The translations under genes were made by a program, and so were the position numbers. From a virus (taxonomy: Duplodnaviria; Caudoviricetes), in IMG/VR virus record IMGVR_UViG_3300048890_000142, positions 1-64,000 of that record: a DNA stretch of 64,000 nucleotides. One strand, written 5' to 3'. Under the pieces are notes generated by a model. The model was not told where the DNA came from, ran no database searches, and saw only the letters and a list, made by a program, of their open reading frames with translations. Below are positions 44,197 to 54,148 of this stretch, piece by piece (position 1 is the first letter of the stretch; each line of letters opens with the position of its first letter).

Positions 44197-46887
44197 GTGG
44201 CGGAGGTGATCGGACGCGCGCTCATCCGCGTCCTGCCCCAGACGGCCGAGTTCGCCGTGCATCTCCGCAACGACCTCAAGCGCACCTTTCAGACCATCAC
44301 GGACAGCTTCGCGGTCCTCGGCACCCAGGCCCTGGCCGGTGCCGGCGTGGCGCTCGGCGGGGTGGCCTTCAACCTCGCCGGCGCCTTCGCCCTGATCCCG
44401 GCCGCGGCCGGGTCGGCGACCGTGGCCCTGGGTGCCCTGGCAGTGGGGTTCCAGGGGGTCGGCAAGGCGATCAAGGATGCCGGAGACCCCAAGAAGTTCG
44501 CCAAGGACCTCGAGAAGCTGTCCCCCGAGGCACGCAAGGCGGCGATCGCCGTCAAGGACCTCGGGATCCAGGCGGGGGCCTTCCGAGTAGCGGTCCAGGA
44601 CGCCCTGTTCAAGGACATGGACGCGACCATCACCAAGCTGGGCAACACGCTGCTGCCCGGGGTGAAGAAGAACTTCGTCGAGATCGCCGCAGCGGTGAAC
44701 GACGGGGCCCGCGCGTTCGCGATCTTCGCCGGGTCCAAGCAGACTGTAGCCGACCTCAACAACCTCTTCGCCAACACCAAGACCTCCCTGCACATCCTCG
44801 CGCCGGCGGGGATCGCGTTCGGCAGCGCGATCCGGGACATCGTCTCGGTCGGGTCCAACTTCCTCCCGATCATCGCGAGTTCGATCACCTCGGTCACCGA
44901 GAGGTTCGCCGCCTTCATCGCGAAGGCCCGAGACTCGGGGCAGCTCAGCGCCTTCTTCGCGCGCGGGATCCAGACGCTGCACACGCTGATCGACATCTTC
45001 AAGAACCTCGGGCAGACCGTTCTGTCGATCTTCCGCACCGCCAGCGGTGCCGGCGTGGGATTCCTCCAGTCGATCGACAACATCTCCAAGGCGCTCAAGG
45101 ACTTCTTCACCAGCGACCCGGGTAAGTTCGCCGTTACCCAGTTCCTCACCTCCGCCAAGGAAGCCGCGGTAGCCCTGGGTCCGGTCCTCAAGGCCGTGTT
45201 CCTGGTCTTCTCCGGGGAGATCGCGCCGATCCTGGGCAACATCGGGAAGGTCTTGGGCCCTCCCGTCACGGAGTTCGTCAACGGTCTGGGGAAAGCCCTC
45301 AAGATCGCCGAGCCGGGCATCGACGCGCTCGCGCGCGGGTTCGGCGCGCTGGTACGAGGGATCGCGCCGGCGCTGCCGGCGGTCGGCCGGTTGGCCGACA
45401 TCATCGGGCAGAGCCTGGGACACGTGCTCGAGGCCCTGGCGCCGACGCTCGAGAAGGTCGTGACGGTGCTGGCCAACTCGCTGGCCCTGGCGCTGAGCGA
45501 TCCCAAACTGATCAACGGCCTGATCGCCATCGGCCAGGCCTTCGGCGATCTGATCATCGCGCTGGCTCCCCTGCTCCCCAGCCTCGCCGAGCTGGCCGGC
45601 ATCATCCTCAAGGCCCTGGCCGACGTGCTGTCCGCGATCGCGCCGGTGTTGGCCGACGTGATCAAGCAGTTCATCGACGCCCTGCTGCCCTTCCTTCCCG
45701 GTCTGGTGCAGGCCTTCGTCGACCTCGTGAAGGCGATCCTTCCCCTGGTCAAGGATTTGCTGCCGCCGATGGTCGAGCTGATGAAGGTGCTGCTGCCGGT
45801 GATCCGGCCGGTCCTCGAGCTGATCGTCCTGTTCCTGCGGCTCGCGGAGCCGCTCATCAAGGTCATCGCCATCCTCGTAACCGCGATCCTGAAGTTCGTC
45901 GAGGCCGTGGAGCGAGGCATCGCCACCGCGGCGAGGATCTTCAAGTTCTTCGTCTTCACGATCTCGGGGGACAGCGAGAAGGCACGGGACTCGATGGTGG
46001 AGCGGATCGCCGGCGAGGCGGTGCCCGCGGTCATCGACTCGCTGGGGCAGGCCGGGGATGCGCTGACCAGGCTCGAGGGCGGGGTCTTCCACTTCGTGAC
46101 GGTCATGTCCTTCGGTAGCGACGGGGCTGCTAACGCTGCCGAGCGACTCCAGAAGCGGTCCGGCACGGCGTTCGACGGGGTGTCCAACGCGGCGACCGAT
46201 GCCGCCGTCAAGCTGGTCGCTACCCTGTTTCCCAGCTTCGACGCGATAGCGGAGAAGGGAGCGGGGGCGTTCTCGGCCATCGCGGATGCCGCCAACAGGT
46301 CGTTCCTCGTCACCGTCAAGCAGTCCCGCGACATCCTGCTCCAGGTGGCTCGCATATTCAGTTCGGCCGACTTCGGTCCCGCTGGGACGGCGTTGGTCGG
46401 CAGCTTCGCCGAGGGCATGGTCAACTCGCGAGCCCAGCTCTTGATTCAGAAGGCGGCCCGTCAGGTCGTCGAGGCGGTGGCCAGCTGGTTCCCGCACAGC
46501 CCGGCCGAGGTGGGTCCGTTCAGCGGGAGGGGCTGGACTCCCTTCCGCGGACAGGCCCTCGTGGAGGGCTTCGCCCAGGGCATTTCGTCCGAAAAGGACA
46601 CCCTCAATTCGGCTCTCGGCGGCCTCTTCGGCGACGTGGCCAACCAGTTCGGCGGCGTCCAGGCACCCAACGTGCCGATGCGCGTCGGGGCGTTCGGTAG
46701 CACCGGTGGAGCCTCCTCGGCCGCCGCTGTCGCCGGCGCGTCTGCCGGCGCCGCGGCCGGTGACGTGACCGAGGTGCACGTGTTCATCGGGGAGCAGGAG
46801 CTCACCCAGCTCGTGAACGGGGTCGTCGTCAAGAAGAACCGGGACACCAGGCGCAAGGCCCTGGCCGGCACGGGGAGGGCGCGGTGA
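44197..46887 (+). CDS. Tape measure protein
   Basis: 896 aa, Ala/Leu-rich helical repeats, HSPAEVGPFSG C-terminal motif. Confidence 0.9.
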   Translation: MAEVIGRALIRVLPQTAEFAVHLRNDLKRTFQTITDSFAVLGTQALAGAGVALGGVAFNLAGAFALIPAAAGSATVALGALAVGFQGVGKAIKDAGDPKKFAKDLEKLSPEARKAAIAVKDLGIQAGAFRVAVQDALFKDMDATITKLGNTLLPGVKKNFVEIAAAVNDGARAFAIFAGSKQTVADLNNLFANTKTSLHILAPAGIAFGSAIRDIVSVGSNFLPIIASSITSVTERFAAFIAKARDSGQLSAFFARGIQTLHTLIDIFKNLGQTVLSIFRTASGAGVGFLQSIDNISKALKDFFTSDPGKFAVTQFLTSAKEAAVALGPVLKAVFLVFSGEIAPILGNIGKVLGPPVTEFVNGLGKALKIAEPGIDALARGFGALVRGIAPALPAVGRLADIIGQSLGHVLEALAPTLEKVVTVLANSLALALSDPKLINGLIAIGQAFGDLIIALAPLLPSLAELAGIILKALADVLSAIAPVLADVIKQFIDALLPFLPGLVQAFVDLVKAILPLVKDLLPPMVELMKVLLPVIRPVLELIVLFLRLAEPLIKVIAILVTAILKFVEAVERGIATAARIFKFFVFTISGDSEKARDSMVERIAGEAVPAVIDSLGQAGDALTRLEGGVFHFVTVMSFGSDGAANAAERLQKRSGTAFDGVSNAATDAAVKLVATLFPSFDAIAEKGAGAFSAIADAANRSFLVTVKQSRDILLQVARIFSSADFGPAGTALVGSFAEGMVNSRAQLLIQKAARQVVEAVASWFPHSPAEVGPFSGRGWTPFRGQALVEGFAQGISSEKDTLNSALGGLFGDVANQFGGVQAPNVPMRVGAFGSTGGASSAAAVAGASAGAAAGDVTEVHVFIGEQELTQLVNGVVVKKNRDTRRKALAGTGRAR

Positions 46888-48302
46888 GCATCACCCTCAC
46901 TTACGAGTCGACGCTGTCCCGCGTGAAGGTCGTGGCCACCGGGATGGGTACCGCCACCACCGGCCTGGTCGAGAAGTCGCTCAACCAGATCACCTGGACG
47001 GTAGTGCGCGGCGGGCAGGACGCCCCGATCGTCGGCGGCACCCTCACGGTCTACGACTACGAGTTCACCTCCGACGTGGTGAATTACTACCGCGTGACGA
47101 CCCCCAAGGACGTCTCCTTCGTCTCCAAGGGCACGGTCGCGCACGGAGACAACGCCAGCCTGAACCCTGGCCTGCCGGCCGGTGGAGCCGCGGGGGACAC
47201 GCTGGTGCTCACCAGCGCGATCTTCGGCCTCGCGGCGTTCCCGCAGACTCCCGCCGGGTACACCCTCATCGGCAACGCGTCGAACTTTCGCGTCTTCGCC
47301 AAGTCCCACGTGGGTGGCGGCGAGGTCGCGCCTACGGTCGCCTTTTCCGGCGGCGTCGCCGGCGACACGACCTCGGCCCAGCTCGCCTGCTTCCGCAACC
47401 TGTCGGGACCTTCTCTCGCCGACGCCCTCGCCCTGAGCCTGCGTACTCCGGCCGCGCAGAACATCGCCTACGGAGCCCTCGCGGTCAGCCCGACCCACGC
47501 CCTGATCCTCTACACCGGCTGGAAGGCCGACGACTGGACGACTACCGGGACCCTGGCCGGCGACGGCGGAGTCGGCGTGAAGATCGACGACCCCTCCACG
47601 ACCACCGGCAGTGACCAGGGGTTGGTCTGGGACTACTGCATCCAGACCACCAAGGTCAACGTCGCCGCCGGGTCCTTCGTCGTCACCGGAGGGGGAGCGG
47701 CGCTGTCCAGCAGCATGATCATGGACTTCAAGCCGGCGGACCTGATTCAGACCGCCAACATCACGCCCTCCATCAGTGGCGTGTGGTTGAAGTCGATCGA
47801 GTTTCCCTTCCTGAATCGGCAGCTCTTCTGCGTCACGAACATCTCGCCGATCACCAGGCGAACGCGCACGGCGCTGTTCGACGTCATCGGTCGCAGCTAT
47901 CCCGTCGCGATCACCGACCTGAGGCGCTCCAAGGAGCTCAGCGTCGACGTCGTGACCCAGACGGCGACCCAGTGGCAGGATCTGGACCTCGCTCTCTCGA
48001 CCGGCGGCGAGATGTTCTTCCAGACTCCGGCCAGCTACCCGTACCCCTCGCTTTACGTCGTCGTAGGCGACGTCGTCATGGCCCGTCCACTGCTCAACAG
48101 GACCTGCAACAACGACTGGCGGGTGTTCACTCTCCCGCTCACCGAGGTCGCGGCGCCGGGCCCGGACGTGGTCGGCTCCACGGTCACCTGGCAGGGAGTA
48201 CTCAACGCGTTCGCTACCTGGCAAGACGTGATCAACGCGAAGGCCACCTGGCTGGACCTCCTTCAGAGCGTGGGCACTCCGGCCGACGTGATCGTGCCGT
48301 GA
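46884..48302 (+). CDS. Distal tail (Dit-like) protein with internal insertion
   Basis: First gene after the tape measure; Gly/Ala/Thr-rich beta insertion. Confidence 0.7.
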   Translation: MSITLTYESTLSRVKVVATGMGTATTGLVEKSLNQITWTVVRGGQDAPIVGGTLTVYDYEFTSDVVNYYRVTTPKDVSFVSKGTVAHGDNASLNPGLPAGGAAGDTLVLTSAIFGLAAFPQTPAGYTLIGNASNFRVFAKSHVGGGEVAPTVAFSGGVAGDTTSAQLACFRNLSGPSLADALALSLRTPAAQNIAYGALAVSPTHALILYTGWKADDWTTTGTLAGDGGVGVKIDDPSTTTGSDQGLVWDYCIQTTKVNVAAGSFVVTGGGAALSSSMIMDFKPADLIQTANITPSISGVWLKSIEFPFLNRQLFCVTNISPITRRTRTALFDVIGRSYPVAITDLRRSKELSVDVVTQTATQWQDLDLALSTGGEMFFQTPASYPYPSLYVVVGDVVMARPLLNRTCNNDWRVFTLPLTEVAAPGPDVVGSTVTWQGVLNAFATWQDVINAKATWLDLLQSVGTPADVIVP

Positions 48303-48316
48303 GGGGGGGATGACGC

Positions 48317-49441
48317 GTGAGGCCAGTCAGCGCGGCGTTCAACCGCATCGTTCGGGGCAGCCACTCCATCGAGGTCGCGGCCCGGGTCCTGACCACCTAC
48401 CAGGAGGGCGTGAACCCGCTCGGGACCAGCCTGCAGGTCATCCGAGGCGAGGTCCACATGGACTCCACCGCGGACGTGCGCAGCACCCTGACCCTGGAGG
48501 TCAACGGAGACGGGATGTGGCCGCTGGAGCCGACCGGGCTGCTCACCCCCTACGGAAACGAGGTGTTCGTCCAGCGCGGCGTTGTGGTGTCCGCCGACGG
48601 CTCTTCCGAGCTCGTCTCACTCGGGTACTTCCGCATCTACTCGGTGGACCAGGACGGCACCACGGACACCTCCATCACCCTGGAGTGTCGGGACCGGATG
48701 TCCGGGATCGTCGACGCGAGGCTGGAGGCGCCGATCCAGTTTCAGTCCTCGCAGTCGGTCCAGGACGTCTTCACCCAGCTCGTGCACGACGTGTACCCGA
48801 CCGCGACGATCGTCTTCGACTTCGACGCGGCAGGCACCTTGCTCGGCGCCGACCAGGTGGCCGACGAGGACCGCTACGGCTTCCTGCTGGATGTGGCCCG
48901 ATCTCGCGGGAAGGTCATCTACTGGGACTACGCGGGCCGGCTGCAGGTCAAGACGGCGCCGGACCCCACGGTGCCCGTCTTCGACGTCAACGCGGGACTG
49001 AACGGGGTCCTGATCCGGCTGCGGCGCACGCTGGACCGAGACGGGGTCTACAACGCCGTCGTCGCGCTCGGCGAGTCCCCGAGCGGCGACGAGCCGGTTC
49101 GGGCGGTGGCTCGAGACCTGGACCCTGCCTCGCCCACCATGTGGGGCGGTCGGTTCGGCAAGGTGCCCCGCTTCTTCTACTCCGCCTTCATGCGCACCGT
49201 CCAACAGGCCTCCGACGCCGCGGTCGCGATGCTCCAGCGCAGCATCGGGTTGCCGTACAACGTCGACTTCACCGCGGTACCCAACCCCGCTCTCGAGCCC
49301 CTGGACCCGATCCTGATCTCGCACGAGGACAAATCGGAGCTCCACGTCATCGAGACCCTCGCGATCCCGCTGCACAAGGACGACCCCATGTCGGGCACCA
49401 CCCGCAAGCAGACCGGATCCGTGATCGAGGTGGACACGTGA
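48317..49441 (+). CDS. Minor tail/baseplate hub protein (DUF5047-like)
   Basis: GEVHMDSTADVR, PYGNEV..RG, YNAVV, PNPALEPLD. Confidence 0.8.
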   Translation: MRPVSAAFNRIVRGSHSIEVAARVLTTYQEGVNPLGTSLQVIRGEVHMDSTADVRSTLTLEVNGDGMWPLEPTGLLTPYGNEVFVQRGVVVSADGSSELVSLGYFRIYSVDQDGTTDTSITLECRDRMSGIVDARLEAPIQFQSSQSVQDVFTQLVHDVYPTATIVFDFDAAGTLLGADQVADEDRYGFLLDVARSRGKVIYWDYAGRLQVKTAPDPTVPVFDVNAGLNGVLIRLRRTLDRDGVYNAVVALGESPSGDEPVRAVARDLDPASPTMWGGRFGKVPRFFYSAFMRTVQQASDAAVAMLQRSIGLPYNVDFTAVPNPALEPLDPILISHEDKSELHVIETLAIPLHKDDPMSGTTRKQTGSVIEVDT

Positions 49442-50118
49442 GCAACCGGACCGACGAGATCACCCAGTTCCTCAGCGTCACCTCCTCGCTGGCCAGCGCG
49501 GGGCGCAACGGCAGCTCGGACAGCGAAATCAGCTTCCACCAGGGACGGATCCTGTCCTGGAACGGGTCGGGCGGGACCAACTCCATCGAGGTCGCGGGGG
49601 CGGTGCTCACCAACCTGCCCGCCCTCACCTCGGCCGGCCTGATCGCCCTGCGCGAGGGCGACGTGGTGGGCGTGCTGCGCTACCGGACCTCCTACTTCAT
49701 CTTGGGACGCGTCGTCGCGCTGAATACCCAGCTCGTCGAACCGCAGTGGCCGATCGTGGTCTACCCGCAGTTCCAGCGCAGCGAGGCCCTCGGGGTCGCC
49801 GGGTACACCTCTATCGCAGCCGGCTCGCTCTACACCTGGGAAGGCCGCATCCGCGTGAGCCACCCGAAGATCGAGATCGACGGAGTGTGGGGCCAATCCA
49901 GCGGGACGAATACCACCACCTACGCGATCAAGCTCGGCGGCAACGTCGTGGGGCAGTGGACGGTGGGCGGGGCACTGGAGGTCGCCCGGCACGGGCCGTA
50001 CGACATCAGCCAGTTCATCGGTCAGGACTGGCTCAAGATAGAGGTCGCGATCACCGTCAGCACCGGTACCGGGCAAGTCGCATTCCAGCCCCTCGGCCTC
50101 TACTTCCGGCAGACCTAG
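49438..50118 (+). CDS. Minor tail protein
   Basis: Synteny; OB-like GDVVGVL. Confidence 0.7.
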   Translation: MSNRTDEITQFLSVTSSLASAGRNGSSDSEISFHQGRILSWNGSGGTNSIEVAGAVLTNLPALTSAGLIALREGDVVGVLRYRTSYFILGRVVALNTQLVEPQWPIVVYPQFQRSEALGVAGYTSIAAGSLYTWEGRIRVSHPKIEIDGVWGQSSGTNTTTYAIKLGGNVVGQWTVGGALEVARHGPYDISQFIGQDWLKIEVAITVSTGTGQVAFQPLGLYFRQT

Positions 50119-50130
50119 GAGGTCACTCCG

Positions 50131-50733
50131 ATGCCCGTTACCCCGATCTACGGCATCCCGTACCCGGCCCTGTCGGATCCTCCGAACGGACCGAGCCAGA
50201 TGCAGGCGCTCGCCCTGGAGGTCGAGACCGAGCTGGCGCGAATCGACGCCGTCGACGGCACGCAGAACTCGAACATCGCGGCCCTGCAGTCGGCGACCAA
50301 CGTCCCGACGTTCTTCATCCGCAATACCGCGGCGCAGTCACTCAACAACACCACCTTCACCGCGCTGCTGTTCAACACTGACGACAACGACAGCGACAAC
50401 GGACACAGTACGGTCACCAACACCGACCGATACACCGTGCCGAAGTCCGGCCTCTGGCAGGTGTCGGGAGGATGCAGCTTCGCGCCGAACGCCACGGGCA
50501 TCAGGATCGTCCGACTGACGATCAACGGGAACAACATCGCCGGGTCGGGTAACTCTTCCCCGAACCTCGGCGGTTCCGAGTTCTCCCAGGTGATCAGTCG
50601 GGTCGCCCGCGTGCAGTGCTCGGCCGGGGACATCCTGCGGATCGAAGCCTGGCAGAGCAGCGGCGGCGCACTGAACACGGCCACAACCGACTACGTCCAG
50701 CCGAGCTTCACCGGCCAGTGGCTGAAGACCTAG
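50131..50733 (+). CDS. Tail fibre / receptor-binding protein (C1q-like head)
   Basis: TPIYGIPYP, RYTVPKSGLWQV, AGDILRIEAWQ. Confidence 0.75.
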   Translation: MPVTPIYGIPYPALSDPPNGPSQMQALALEVETELARIDAVDGTQNSNIAALQSATNVPTFFIRNTAAQSLNNTTFTALLFNTDDNDSDNGHSTVTNTDRYTVPKSGLWQVSGGCSFAPNATGIRIVRLTINGNNIAGSGNSSPNLGGSEFSQVISRVARVQCSAGDILRIEAWQSSGGALNTATTDYVQPSFTGQWLKT

Positions 50734-50746
50734 TAGAGTAACCACC

Positions 50747-51835
50747 GTGAAGGTACTGGTCATTCCCGCTGACCGGTACGGCTGCGGCGCCCATCGGCTG
50801 ATCTGGCCGAGCGAGGAGCTGCACCGCGCCGGCCACGACGTCACGGTGGTCGATCCGGGTGCGCGCCGCCTGGAGCTCCGCATGGCCGGGGACGAGGTCG
50901 TCGGCGTCAACCTCGACCCCGCCTACGAGGTCGTGGTGATGCAGCGGGTCTCGCACGCCTACCTGGCCCAGGCCGTCGGCGTACTGCGCCGGCAGGGACA
51001 CGCCGTGGTGGTCGACGTCGACGACGACCTGGCCGCCATTCACCCGGCCAACCCCGCCTTCGCGTGGCTGCACCCGACCAAGAGTCCGAAAGAGACTCTA
51101 GGCGGCCAGCCGAACCTGCACTCCTGGGCCAACGTGGCGCGAGCCTGTCGAGACGCGTCCCTGGTCACAGCGACGACGCCGGCCCTACAGCAGCGCTACG
51201 CGGCGCACGGGCGCGGCGCGGTGCTCCCGAACTACCTGGCCGAGCACTACTACGGGATCGCGCACGAGGACTCGGACCTGGTGGGCTGGCCGGCGGCGCT
51301 GCACTCCCACCCGGACGACCCGAGCGCGGTCGGGCCCGCCGTGGCGCGCCTGATCGGCGAGGGCGTCCGGTTCCGCGGGTTCGGGCTCGCCGACGACCTG
51401 GGCAAGGTGTTCGGCGTGCCCCGAGACCAGTGGGCCAGGATCGACGGGTGCCGGGAACACATCGAGCTGGAGGACTGGCCGAGCAGGTTGGCCGAGATCG
51501 GGACCGGGCTCACCCCGCTCGCCGACACCCGGTTCAACCAGGCCAAGTCGTGGCTCAAGCCGCTCGAACTGGCCGCGGTCGGGGTACCGTGGGTCGGTTC
51601 CCCGCGCGCCGAGTACCAGCGTCTGCACCGACTGGGCTGCGGGGTGCTGGTCGACCGACCGAAGGACTGGTACTCGCGGGTCCGTCGCCTCGTGGGTGAT
51701 CCTGACCTGCGAGCGGACCTCTCCGCCATGGGACGGACGGTGGCCGACGGGCTGCGCCTGCGCGACCACGCGTGGCGCTGGATGGAAGCTTGGGAACGCG
51801 CCCTGGAACTCGACGGACGACTGGTGAGGAGCTGA
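50747..51835 (+). CDS. GT-B fold glycosyltransferase
   Basis: VVMQR, VDVDDDL, FNQAKSWLKPLELAAVGVP. Confidence 0.85.
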   Translation: MKVLVIPADRYGCGAHRLIWPSEELHRAGHDVTVVDPGARRLELRMAGDEVVGVNLDPAYEVVVMQRVSHAYLAQAVGVLRRQGHAVVVDVDDDLAAIHPANPAFAWLHPTKSPKETLGGQPNLHSWANVARACRDASLVTATTPALQQRYAAHGRGAVLPNYLAEHYYGIAHEDSDLVGWPAALHSHPDDPSAVGPAVARLIGEGVRFRGFGLADDLGKVFGVPRDQWARIDGCREHIELEDWPSRLAEIGTGLTPLADTRFNQAKSWLKPLELAAVGVPWVGSPRAEYQRLHRLGCGVLVDRPKDWYSRVRRLVGDPDLRADLSAMGRTVADGLRLRDHAWRWMEAWERALELDGRLVRS

Positions 51836-51840
51836 TCGAC

Positions 51841-52188
51841 GTGGCCGCTACCCTCGACGACGCCACCTACGACGACCCGTACGACCTCGGCGACGGAGTA
51901 AGCGCCTGCTACGTCGGCTGGGCCCCCGACCGCGAGCTGAACCCGCAGTACGAGGGCGTCCTAGACGAGCCGCGATACGGCCTGATCGAGTTCCATCGGA
52001 CCCCCGATGGCGAATCCTGCAGCGGCACGGTGACCTTCGACGGCGAGGTCCAGCGGCGGATCGAGGCCTCCGATCGACCGACCTGGACGGTAGAGTCCTG
52101 GGACCCGCTGACGCTGAGTCCCTCGATCCTCTGCCAGCGGTGCGGGCACCACGGATTCATCCGCGAGGGACGCTGGGTCAGCGCTTAA
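51841..52188 (+). CDS. DUF6527-like protein
   Basis: LTLSPSILC..CGHHGFIREGRW. Confidence 0.6.
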   Translation: MAATLDDATYDDPYDLGDGVSACYVGWAPDRELNPQYEGVLDEPRYGLIEFHRTPDGESCSGTVTFDGEVQRRIEASDRPTWTVESWDPLTLSPSILCQRCGHHGFIREGRWVSA

Positions 52189-52248
52189 GCGACGGTCGGG
52201 CCGGCGCCCACCACTACGAGGAGCAGGAGGCGGCACAGCGCTTCCTGA

Positions 52249-52503
52249 TCAGCACGCGTCACCGATCCTCACCGCGTTGTATTTATTCTGCGTGACCTCG
52301 TCGTGCCGGAGCACCAGTTCGTCTTCGCTGTTGACGGTCTTCTTCCCGACGCGGCAGTCGATCACCCAGTGCTCGTGCTGGCTCTCGTCAACGAAATGGC
52401 GCTTGTCGAACACGTAGTGGTTAGGCGTGTCCTGACACGCGCTCAGCGTGAGCACCAGCGCCATGATCGCCCACGCCCCCTGCCGCCTCCATCTTCCGTC
52501 CAC
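52249..52503 (-). CDS. Putative lipoprotein
   Basis: Lipobox LSAC after basic and hydrophobic segments. Confidence 0.65.
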   Translation of the reverse strand: MDGRWRRQGAWAIMALVLTLSACQDTPNHYVFDKRHFVDESQHEHWVIDCRVGKKTVNSEDELVLRHDEVTQNKYNAVRIGDAC

Positions 52504-52533
52504 TATCTCTCCATCTCCCTTCGTTCGGTCTTC

Positions 52534-53277
52534 TCATGACTGGATCTGAGGGCGTCCCGCGCTGACCTCGGTCGCGTTTACTCGGGCCCGGCGTCCGGCT
52601 TCCCGACCGGCGACCATGGCGTTGCCGTCGCCGACCATCCGCGAAGGGCGCGCGTCCCGGATGTCCGGGTGGCTGGCGGCCATGTGCGCGTCCAAGTGGG
52701 CCGCCCGATCCACGATCGCCAGCGCAGTTCCCGGCTCGGCGATCTCGGCCTCGGCTTCGGTGGCCCTGCGCTGGGTCGTGAGTCGGTCCCAGACGCCCTC
52801 TCCGAAACTGATCAGGAACTGCCGTCGAGCACGGAACTTATCCCGGGGGGTGTCATACCACTCGCGCTCGTCGACCCACCACCTCTTGAGCGCGTCGGAA
52901 GACTGCATGCCGATCGAGGCGATCAGCATCATCGCGGCGTCCACGTCCGACGCGTGACCCACGATGTAGAAGACGTCGTAGTTCCTGTGCGCCACGTAGA
53001 ACTCGCGGCAGGTACCGAGCCCGCTGACCACGCAGTAGGCGATCTTCCGCAGCGCCATCCGGTAGGAGCCGGTCAGCTTGATGGCGACGGTCTTGATCTC
53101 CTCCCGTCGCGCGTCGTCAGGAGCCATCATCGCCTCGACCCGGGCCCGGTCGATCCCGTGCTTCGTCATCAGGGCCGCCGCGTGGGCGGTGAAGATCCGG
53201 GCCTCCTCGTCGTTGTCGGTGCCCTCCGCCTTGCGCAGCAGCTTGGCGATTCTGTCGGCGAGCTTGTCCTCGGTCAC
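52534..53277 (-). CDS. DUF2786-domain protein
   Basis: RIAKLLRKAE...EA...AAALMTKHGID. Confidence 0.8.
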   Translation of the reverse strand: MTEDKLADRIAKLLRKAEGTDNDEEARIFTAHAAALMTKHGIDRARVEAMMAPDDARREEIKTVAIKLTGSYRMALRKIAYCVVSGLGTCREFYVAHRNYDVFYIVGHASDVDAAMMLIASIGMQSSDALKRWWVDEREWYDTPRDKFRARRQFLISFGEGVWDRLTTQRRATEAEAEIAEPGTALAIVDRAAHLDAHMAASHPDIRDARPSRMVGDGNAMVAGREAGRRARVNATEVSAGRPQIQS

Positions 53278-53669
53278 CGGTCACCTCCCTGGTGAATCAC
53301 GACGTCGCGGTGGGCCGGGAACCCGACGGCGGGCGCCTCGTGGTGGACGAGGAAGGTGACCAGCTCCCAGGCGGCCTGGGTGCGGGTGTGCAGCGTGTAG
53401 GGGCGCGAGATCGGTCCGAACAGGGTAGCGGGGACCGAGTCCCGAGCGTGCCCGACGTCGTCGATCCCGACGCCGCGGAAGGCGCTGCGGTGGACGGTGA
53501 GGGTCCAGCCCTTCCCCGCGTCGGCCAGTCGGACCCAGCCCAGCAGGCGATCGTTGTCGCGCCGGCGCACCTCGTAGCCGCCGAACGCGTGCCGCGCGTA
53601 CCGCACGTAGACGGCGTGGCGCGCACCGCGCTGGGTGAAGACGACGTGCGGCCTGGTTCTCGTGTTCAT
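53274..53669 (-). CDS. Hypothetical protein
   Basis: RBS GGAGG, own promoter. Confidence 0.7.
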   Translation of the reverse strand: MNTRTRPHVVFTQRGARHAVYVRYARHAFGGYEVRRRDNDRLLGWVRLADAGKGWTLTVHRSAFRGVGIDDVGHARDSVPATLFGPISRPYTLHTRTQAAWELVTFLVHHEAPAVGFPAHRDVVIHQGGDR

Positions 53670-53697
53670 CGTTCCTCCGTTCCTCGGTCGTAGACTA

Positions 53698-53727
53698 ACC
53701 ATACCGGTCGCGAGATCGGCACGTCAA
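53698..53727 (-). promoter_or_regulatory. Promoter TTGACG-N18-TATGGT, followed by TTAGTCTAC
   Basis: Direct reading of the minus strand. Confidence 0.65.
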
Positions 53728-54131
53728 GTCACTCGAACGCGGAGGGGCCAGGAATGCGCACAGGCGACGCAGACGCCGTTGCCCTCCTCGGACACCACGG
53801 ACACGCTCGCGCACACCGGACAGCGCTTGCGCGCCGTCGGTCTCTTGAGGAGATCGCGCTGGTAGGCGGTCAGGCCGCCCCACACCCCGAAGTCCTCACC
53901 GCGGCCGACAATGTCGCAGTCGTCCCTGACCGGACAGCGGCCGCAGTACGACCACTGCTCCTCGGTCAGGTAGGCAGGCTCCGCACTGTCCTCGTCGGAA
54001 GGGTCCTCGAGGAGGAAGAACAGATCCGGTGGCGCGCTTCGGCACGCGGCGTGGTCTCGCCACGCCCGCCGGTCCGCGCGCCACCGGAACCCGTTCCGGG
54101 GGTCGTCGTACGCGGGATCCGCTACCGACAA
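53724..54131 (-). CDS. WhiB-family transcription factor with C-terminal zinc ribbon
   Basis: AACR..PPDLFF...CGRCPVRDDC...GVWGGLT; CPVC...CVAC. Confidence 0.9.
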   Translation of the reverse strand: MSVADPAYDDPRNGFRWRADRRAWRDHAACRSAPPDLFFLLEDPSDEDSAEPAYLTEEQWSYCGRCPVRDDCDIVGRGEDFGVWGGLTAYQRDLLKRPTARKRCPVCASVSVVSEEGNGVCVACAHSWPLRVRVT

Positions 54132-54148
54132 CTCGACCCCCTCTCCGG

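Noticed and set aside
44170-46779. Long antisense ORFs over the tape measure (also 33424..35343, 46461..48224, 62316..63824)
   Set aside because: Mirror frames lacking stops because of GC3 bias
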